Assembly: GCA_944358525.1 (NCBI GenBank)
Contig: CALVRI010000001.1
Coordinates: 10,652-74,651 of the forward strand
DNA: 64,000 nucleotides
Direction of reading: 5' to 3'
Origin: an uncultured Bacilli bacterium
GTDB taxonomy: Bacteria; Bacillota_I; Bacilli_A; RF39; UBA660
The position numbers were made by a program, and so were the translations under genes. The notes below the pieces were generated by a model, which saw only the letters and a program-made list of their open reading frames with translations, did no database searches and was not told where the DNA came from. Position 1 is the first letter of the stretch. Each line of letters opens with the position of its first letter. This document shows, piece after piece, positions 58,956 through 64,000 of the stretch.

Positions 58956-59234
58956 ATGGCTTCTAATGCAATTAATATGAGCTTTAGGGTTGATAAAAAT
59001 TTAAAAAAGCAAGCTGATGAATTATTTAAAAAATTAGGTTTAAATACAAGTGTGGCTTTAAATATGTTTTTAACTCAAAGTGTAAGAGAACAAAGTATTC
59101 CATTTGTTCCAACGATGAATGTTCCAAACGAAAAACTTTTAACTGCCTTAAAAGAAGTTCAAGATATTGAAGATGGAAAAATTAGTGCAAAACGCTACAA
59201 AACATTTGAAGAAGCATTAAAGGATATTGATTAA
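58956..59234 (+). CDS. dinJ: type II antitoxin, RelB/DinJ family
   Basis: INMSFRVDKNLKKQADELFKKLGLNTSVALNMFLTQSV matches DinJ; AAGGAG RBS 9 nt upstream of ATG at 58956 (ORF-finder start 58902). Confidence 0.75.
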   Translation: MASNAINMSFRVDKNLKKQADELFKKLGLNTSVALNMFLTQSVREQSIPFVPTMNVPNEKLLTALKEVQDIEDGKISAKRYKTFEEALKDID

Positions 59235-59515
59235 TGAAATACGAAATTATCCTTACTTCCGTTTTCAAAAAAGAATTAAAGCAAATTAAAAAAAGACACA
59301 AAGATTTAGAAAAATTAACTAAAGTTGTTAATGATCTTGCAAATGATGTAATTTTAGATGCAAAATATAAGGACCATGCTTTGGTTAATAGTCCAAGATT
59401 TATGGGATGTAGAGAATGTCATATCGAACCTGATTGGCTACTTGTGTACAAAAAAAGTAAAAATGATTTAATTTTATTTCTTATCGAGACAGGTACTCAT
59501 AGTGATTTATTTTAA
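59234..59515 (+). CDS. yafQ: type II toxin, YafQ (RelE/ParE superfamily) mRNA interferase
   Basis: 93 aa; ...YKDHALVNSPRFMGCRECHIEPDWLLVYK matches YafQ; start overlaps dinJ stop (TAATG). Confidence 0.75.
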   Translation: MKYEIILTSVFKKELKQIKKRHKDLEKLTKVVNDLANDVILDAKYKDHALVNSPRFMGCRECHIEPDWLLVYKKSKNDLILFLIETGTHSDLF

Positions 59516-59635
59516 TAAAACGAAAACTTGATTAAAATGATTTAATTGAGTTTTTTTGTTTCTTCCAATATAGTAATTGCCATAATTATCCTTTTATTGA
59601 TTTTGGTGTTTATAATACTATTTAAATAGAAAAAA

Positions 59636-59664
59636 CCACCTAACTCATCCGATGAATTAGGTGG
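59636..59664 (-). terminator. intrinsic terminator for the FtsX-like permease gene (8-bp stem CCACCTAA/TTAGGTGG + U6 on minus strand)
   Basis: Perfect inverted repeat preceded on the plus strand by GAAAAAA (U-run on minus). Confidence 0.5.
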
Positions 59665-59681
59665 ACACCTATTATGTGGCC

Positions 59682-59720
59682 CATCCAACATTCGAGTATT
59701 GGATGTTCCTTTTTTATTTT
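59682..59720 (+). terminator. intrinsic terminator for dinJ-yafQ (stem CATCCAA/TTGGATG + TTCCTTTTTTATTTT)
   Basis: 7-bp stem, 10-nt loop, strong T-run on plus strand downstream of yafQ. Confidence 0.5.
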
Positions 59721-59819
59721 ATGAGATTTCTCTCATCTATATACATTTTATCATATTTTTAATTTTATGACAAATGATTGTTTTAATGTTAACATTTTAA
59801 ATATATTAATGATTTGTGC

Positions 59820-62800
59820 TTAATCAACAGATTTCAATGCTTCAATCATATCAACATCTATAAGCTTTTTATTAACATAAAATTTTAAAGCGAGTGTTAC
59901 AACATTTATGACAACAAATGATATTATGTAAGCGCCAATCCATATTGATGGATCAAACATGACTTCATCAGGTGGAACTACATTTAAAATATAGGTGTGA
60001 AGGAATATACCAAATAACCATCCAACAATAATACCTATTTGTGATAATATTATTGTTTCTTTATAAATATACATTGTAACTTCTTTATCTCTAAATCCTA
60101 ACACTTTAATGGTAGATAATTCTCTTATTCTTTCGGCAACATTTATATTGGTTAAGTTGAACAAAATAACAACAGTTAATAGAGATGCTAATACGATTAA
60201 AACTACCATGATTTTATTTAATGATTTAACTATTGCATTTACTAGATTATACATAGAGGTGTTTTGAACGATGCCTTTTACTCCAGATAATTTCATAAAC
60301 TTTGCGCTTATTTCTTGAGTGTTTTCCATACTGCCATCATTTAATATAAGCATATAAGCATTAGATTTGAAGTTTTCATTATATATTTTTTGATAAACTT
60401 CTTTATTCATGAATATAAAGTGTCCAGCATACATTTCACATATGCCAGAAATTTTTACTTTATGGGTATTTCCTTTACTATCTTCAAAGGTGAATGTGTC
60501 TCCTTTTTTTAGATTGACTGAAGTTGCGAGTCTTTCTGATATTACGATACCATCATCTAAAGTAATTGACTTTTTACCTTTTCTAGTGTGCAGGTCTATA
60601 TAATTTTGAAAATTATCTTCCACTTTAGGAACTATTAAGTTAATTTCTTGTTTATCCTTTTTTTCACCGATTTCTTTATAGACTGTTTCATAGTATACAC
60701 TTTTTTTGTCTTTTATATCTTCATTATTAAGTAATTTATTGATTTTTTCTTTTTCAGAGCTTTGAATATTGCTTTCTAAGGCAACAATGGCATCATATTT
60801 GATTATTTCTTTGAACTGTTTATCATTAATTATGGATATTGAATATTGAACAGAAAAACCAGTAAATAATATAGCACTTGCGCCAGCTACACCAAATATT
60901 GTCATGAACATTCTTTTTTTATAACGGAAAATATTTCTAGCGGTAACTTTTTTAGTAAAGTTTAATTTATTCCATAATGGTTTTATTTTTTCTAGTAATA
61001 TTTTGGAACTAGCAGTAGGTGCTTTTGGCAATAGTAGATCAGCGGTCTTTTCTTTTAATGTGCTTTTAACAGAGATATAGGCTGGAATGACACTGCATAG
61101 CATTGATAGAATGAATGCTAAAATGGTTTCTTTTAAATAGAAATGTATTTCGATGGTTGGAATGGTAAAATTATTACCATAGGCATTATAGACGATATAT
61201 GGAAGCAGAATATGACCGGTGGTTACACCAATTAGTGTGCCTAGGCTTGCAGATATGAATCCATAAATAACAAATTTTTTTACAATATCTTTATCTTGAT
61301 ATCCCAATGCTTTTAATGTTCCGATATTAATTCGCTCTTCAGAGGCAAATCTAGTCATGGTTGTAAGAGTTACTAAGGCAGCAACAAAGTACATAAATAG
61401 TGGAAACACTTTGGCTAGCGAATCAATTATATAAGATACTGTTTCATATATATCATAACCTTCTCCGCCAGGGACTTCTCTACGATTATATACTTCATAT
61501 ATTGGACTTTCTAGGTTTGCAAATTCTATTAAGGTTTGGTTTAATTGTTTTTCACCTTCATTTATCTTTGATGTCGCCTCTGGAAGAGCGTTATTATATT
61601 GGCTTAATTTTTCATAATACTCTGTTTCTTTTGCCTTTAGTGTTTTTTTAGCTTTTTTTAATTGTTCTAGACCATTTTTATATTCTATATTTTTTTGGTT
61701 TAATTCTGTTTGAAAATTGCTAATTTTATTATCTGCCTTTTGAATTTGTATTAAGGAATTATTATATATTTGCTTGCTTTTTTCATATTCATATTTGGCT
61801 TTTTCTAGTTTTTTATATGAGGTTTCATAAGTTTGCTTTTGAATGTTTAATTCTGTTTTAGCTTGCGTTAATTCTATTTTACTTTTTTCAAGTGCTTTTT
61901 GTAATTCATCTAATTCTATTTCTTTTTTGGTGATGTTATTTAGTTTTTCGTTAATTTTTGGAAGTTCTATGTTATATGTGTTTTCGATGAATGTGCTATA
62001 TTCATTTTCTATATTTGTCAGATTAGTTTTTAAATCATTTAACTTGTTTGTATAGTTTTGCCATTCTTCTTCACTAAGATTAGGATCTTTTAAAATTTCT
62101 TCTATTTTGGTAATTTCTTCTTTTGATGTTTGAATAGTATTTTCATAATCTATTTTTTGATTTTCTAATGTTAGTTTTTTTGTTTCTAATTCTTGTTTGA
62201 CATTTTTTAACTCTTCTTTTTTTGTTTCAAGTTCTTGAGTTTGATTATTTAATTCTGTTTCTTTGGTTGAGATTTGACTTTCCTTAATATCTAAAGTGTC
62301 TTTAAATGAAGATAAGGTGTGCTCGTTTTGTTTTATTTGAGAGCTTGCATTTTCTAATTTTTGGCTAAAGTCATTTAACTCATTTTTCTTGCTATTTAGT
62401 TCACTTTTTTGTGCATTAAGGTTTCTTTGGGCGGTGTTTAACGTTTGACCGTTACTATTTAATTTATTTTCGTTTGTTTTGATAAGATTTTTTGAATTAT
62501 TAATTTGAATTTGAGCTTGATCTAACAAGTTTTTTGAACTTGATAATTGTTCTTTGGCATCATCGAGCGTTTTTTTAGCATCTTTTATTCCACTATTATA
62601 TTCTGTTTTTATTAAATTAAATCTAGTTTCTTTACTATCTTTGAGTAAATTTTCTAACTGTTTTTTATGAATAGTTACTTTTTTATTATATTCTTCGCTG
62701 TAAGGATCTAATTTATTTGTGTCTTCAAAAGTTAATTTGGTCATCATATATACTTTTGAATCAAATACAGATGGATTTATAACACCATAGAAATCCAGAG

Positions 62801-63365
62801 TTCCTGTCCCAACTGTGGTTTCTCCCCTATTTAAAGAAGATAATATTTCGGGTGATTTAATAAAACCAGTAATTTTAAAGGTGTGTTTTTTTAAAGTGGT
62901 TGTTTCGTTTTCAGTAAAGGTTATAGTGTCACCTATTTTATAATTTTCTTTGTTTTTAACATCAATAGATATTTCATTATCTTTTTCTGGCAAGCGGCCA
63001 CTTTCTAGCTCATATTTAGAGACATTTTGGGTTTTTGAAAATAATCTAAAACTTTTATTTGTTCCTTTAACGGTAACATCTTTTAAGTAGATATATTCTA
63101 CTTCTTTTAATTTACCGGCTTTTTCAATTTGTTTTATTTCTGTTTGATCTATGCCATAATCACTAGTTATAGTTATATCTGCTGTATTATATTTTTGAAA
63201 ATAGTTAGTTCCTGTGACCCTCATGTCTGGTCCAGTTATAGATAAACCTGTTAGAGCAAAAGACCCTAGAGCGATTAAAAGCATAATGGAGATAAATCTT
63301 CCCCATGAATGAGTGATTGATTTTCTTATGTCTTTATTTAATGCTTTTTTCTTCATTTTTCTCAC
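59820..63365 (-). CDS. FtsX/MacB-type ABC transporter permease (two FtsX domains) with ~400-aa extracellular coiled-coil insert
   Basis: N-terminal TM, MacB-PCD-like segment, K/E/Q-rich heptad region (residues ~230-620), then 2 x 4-TM FtsX modules; translationally coupled to upstream ABC ATPase. Confidence 0.8.
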   Translation of the reverse strand: MRKMKKKALNKDIRKSITHSWGRFISIMLLIALGSFALTGLSITGPDMRVTGTNYFQKYNTADITITSDYGIDQTEIKQIEKAGKLKEVEYIYLKDVTVKGTNKSFRLFSKTQNVSKYELESGRLPEKDNEISIDVKNKENYKIGDTITFTENETTTLKKHTFKITGFIKSPEILSSLNRGETTVGTGTLDFYGVINPSVFDSKVYMMTKLTFEDTNKLDPYSEEYNKKVTIHKKQLENLLKDSKETRFNLIKTEYNSGIKDAKKTLDDAKEQLSSSKNLLDQAQIQINNSKNLIKTNENKLNSNGQTLNTAQRNLNAQKSELNSKKNELNDFSQKLENASSQIKQNEHTLSSFKDTLDIKESQISTKETELNNQTQELETKKEELKNVKQELETKKLTLENQKIDYENTIQTSKEEITKIEEILKDPNLSEEEWQNYTNKLNDLKTNLTNIENEYSTFIENTYNIELPKINEKLNNITKKEIELDELQKALEKSKIELTQAKTELNIQKQTYETSYKKLEKAKYEYEKSKQIYNNSLIQIQKADNKISNFQTELNQKNIEYKNGLEQLKKAKKTLKAKETEYYEKLSQYNNALPEATSKINEGEKQLNQTLIEFANLESPIYEVYNRREVPGGEGYDIYETVSYIIDSLAKVFPLFMYFVAALVTLTTMTRFASEERINIGTLKALGYQDKDIVKKFVIYGFISASLGTLIGVTTGHILLPYIVYNAYGNNFTIPTIEIHFYLKETILAFILSMLCSVIPAYISVKSTLKEKTADLLLPKAPTASSKILLEKIKPLWNKLNFTKKVTARNIFRYKKRMFMTIFGVAGASAILFTGFSVQYSISIINDKQFKEIIKYDAIVALESNIQSSEKEKINKLLNNEDIKDKKSVYYETVYKEIGEKKDKQEINLIVPKVEDNFQNYIDLHTRKGKKSITLDDGIVISERLATSVNLKKGDTFTFEDSKGNTHKVKISGICEMYAGHFIFMNKEVYQKIYNENFKSNAYMLILNDGSMENTQEISAKFMKLSGVKGIVQNTSMYNLVNAIVKSLNKIMVVLIVLASLLTVVILFNLTNINVAERIRELSTIKVLGFRDKEVTMYIYKETIILSQIGIIVGWLFGIFLHTYILNVVPPDEVMFDPSIWIGAYIISFVVINVVTLALKFYVNKKLIDVDMIEALKSVD

Positions 63366-64000
63366 CTACCATTCGATTTCTTCTACTGGTTTTGGATTTT
63401 TATTGATGACTATTTTTTCTGCGGTACCATTTTTAAAATGAATTACTTTATCAGCCATGGGAGCGATAGCGCCATTATGGGTAATTATAATTACAGTCAT
63501 ACCATTTTTTCGGCAAGTGTCTTGCAGCAATTTTAGTATTTGTTTTCCTGTTTTATAATCTAAAGCTCCAGTTGGTTCATCACAAAGTAATATTTTGGGA
63601 TTTTTGGCTATGGCTCTGGCGATAGCGACACGTTGTTGTTCACCACCTGAAAGCTGAGATGGAAAGTTATTTTTTCTATCTTTTAGTCCAACACTATCAA
63701 GAACTTTATCAACATTTAATGGGTTTTTGGAAATTTGGGTGGCTAGTTCAACATTTTCTTTAGCTGTTAAGTTTTGAACTAGATTATAAAATTGAAATAC
63801 AAAGCCAATGTCATCTCGCCGATATTCTGTGAGGTCGGTTCTAGTGTATGTACTTATGTCTTTTTCATCGATTAGTACTGTGCCTCTAGTGACAAAATCC
63901 ATACCGCCTAGAATATTTAAGGCAGTGGTCTTTCCCGCACCACTAGGTCCAACTATAACGACAAGCTCTCCTTTTTCTATTTCAAAGCTAGCGTTATTTA
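63366..64000 (-). CDS. ABC transporter ATP-binding protein (MacB/LolD-like), 5' end beyond window
   Basis: Signature [15 protein letters not shown], Walker [13 protein letters not shown]; reverse complement of 63903-64000 continues the NBD (Walker A region), so the gene is truncated by the window edge. Confidence 0.85.
   Translation of the reverse strand, partial: NNASFEIEKGELVVIVGPSGAGKTTALNILGGMDFVTRGTVLIDEKDISTYTRTDLTEYRRDDIGFVFQFYNLVQNLTAKENVELATQISKNPLNVDKVLDSVGLKDRKNNFPSQLSGGEQQRVAIARAIAKNPKILLCDEPTGALDYKTGKQILKLLQDTCRKNGMTVIIITHNGAIAPMADKVIHFKNGTAEKIVINKNPKPVEEIEW

Noticed and set aside
1-64000. CRISPR arrays, rRNA/tRNA genes, transposases/IS elements, integrases
   Set aside because: I looked for regularly spaced direct repeats, tRNA-like cloverleaf candidates in the larger intergenic regions, and DDE/tyrosine-recombinase-like ORFs, and found none. 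The only repeats seen are short inverted repeats consistent with terminators or operators.

Overview
This is a very AT-rich (about 70% A+T by eye) bacterial chromosomal segment, and almost all genes are on the minus strand. Long ORFs are intact under the standard code, with Trp encoded by TGG, so the organism is not a genetic-code-4 Mollicute. The gene content (murC, two peptidoglycan deacetylases, a reduced 982-aa SMC, a ybxB-like methyltransferase between rplL and rpoB) fits a low-GC, cell-walled Firmicute with a compact genome, possibly Erysipelotrichia-like; that placement is inference.

The core backbone is secE-nusG-rplK-rplA-rplJ-rplL-methyltransferase-rpoB-rpoC with recognisable L11/L1 and L10 leader regions. 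Other core genes are smc, an ABC-F ATPase, gpmI, queH, mutS, murC, tcdA, ogt-tag, and homologues of B. subtilis ylbL and ylbJ.

The accessory content is dominated by two pilus-type systems.
- A Tad-like locus at 36.8-43.5 kb. It has a CpaE-like ATPase, a CpaF ATPase, a TadB-like protein fused to an N-terminal Ig-like domain, a TadC-like protein, two TadE-like pseudopilins and a 427-aa subunit with a TasA/SipW-cognate-like signal peptide. There is no Flp pilin and no dedicated prepilin peptidase in the locus.
- A dispersed type IV pilus / Com-like system. pilD and a pilC carrying an N-terminal extension lie at 10.7-13.3 kb. A 147-aa pilin, a 417-aa prepilin-like protein and a divergent pilB lie at 48.3-51.5 kb.
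- The 427-aa protein (Tad locus) and the 417-aa protein (type IV locus) share a homologous C-terminal domain of about 230 aa despite different N-terminal targeting signals. Between the 427-aa gene and the TadE-like genes there is a 400-nt non-coding region with three perfect hairpins, one of them conspicuously GC-rich. This is the strongest candidate here for an undescribed system.

Other accessory features:
- A MarR-regulated heterodimeric ABC exporter with a large extracytoplasmic insert.
- A LemA-DUF2207 pair directly upstream of secE.
- Two membrane-tethered XRE regulators, one next to a DUF4097 protein and one next to an ABC transporter.
- A dinJ-yafQ toxin-antitoxin pair.
- An FtsX/MacB-type permease with a roughly 400-aa coiled-coil insert.
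- Several hypothetical proteins.

I found no rRNA, tRNA, CRISPR array, transposase or integrase.
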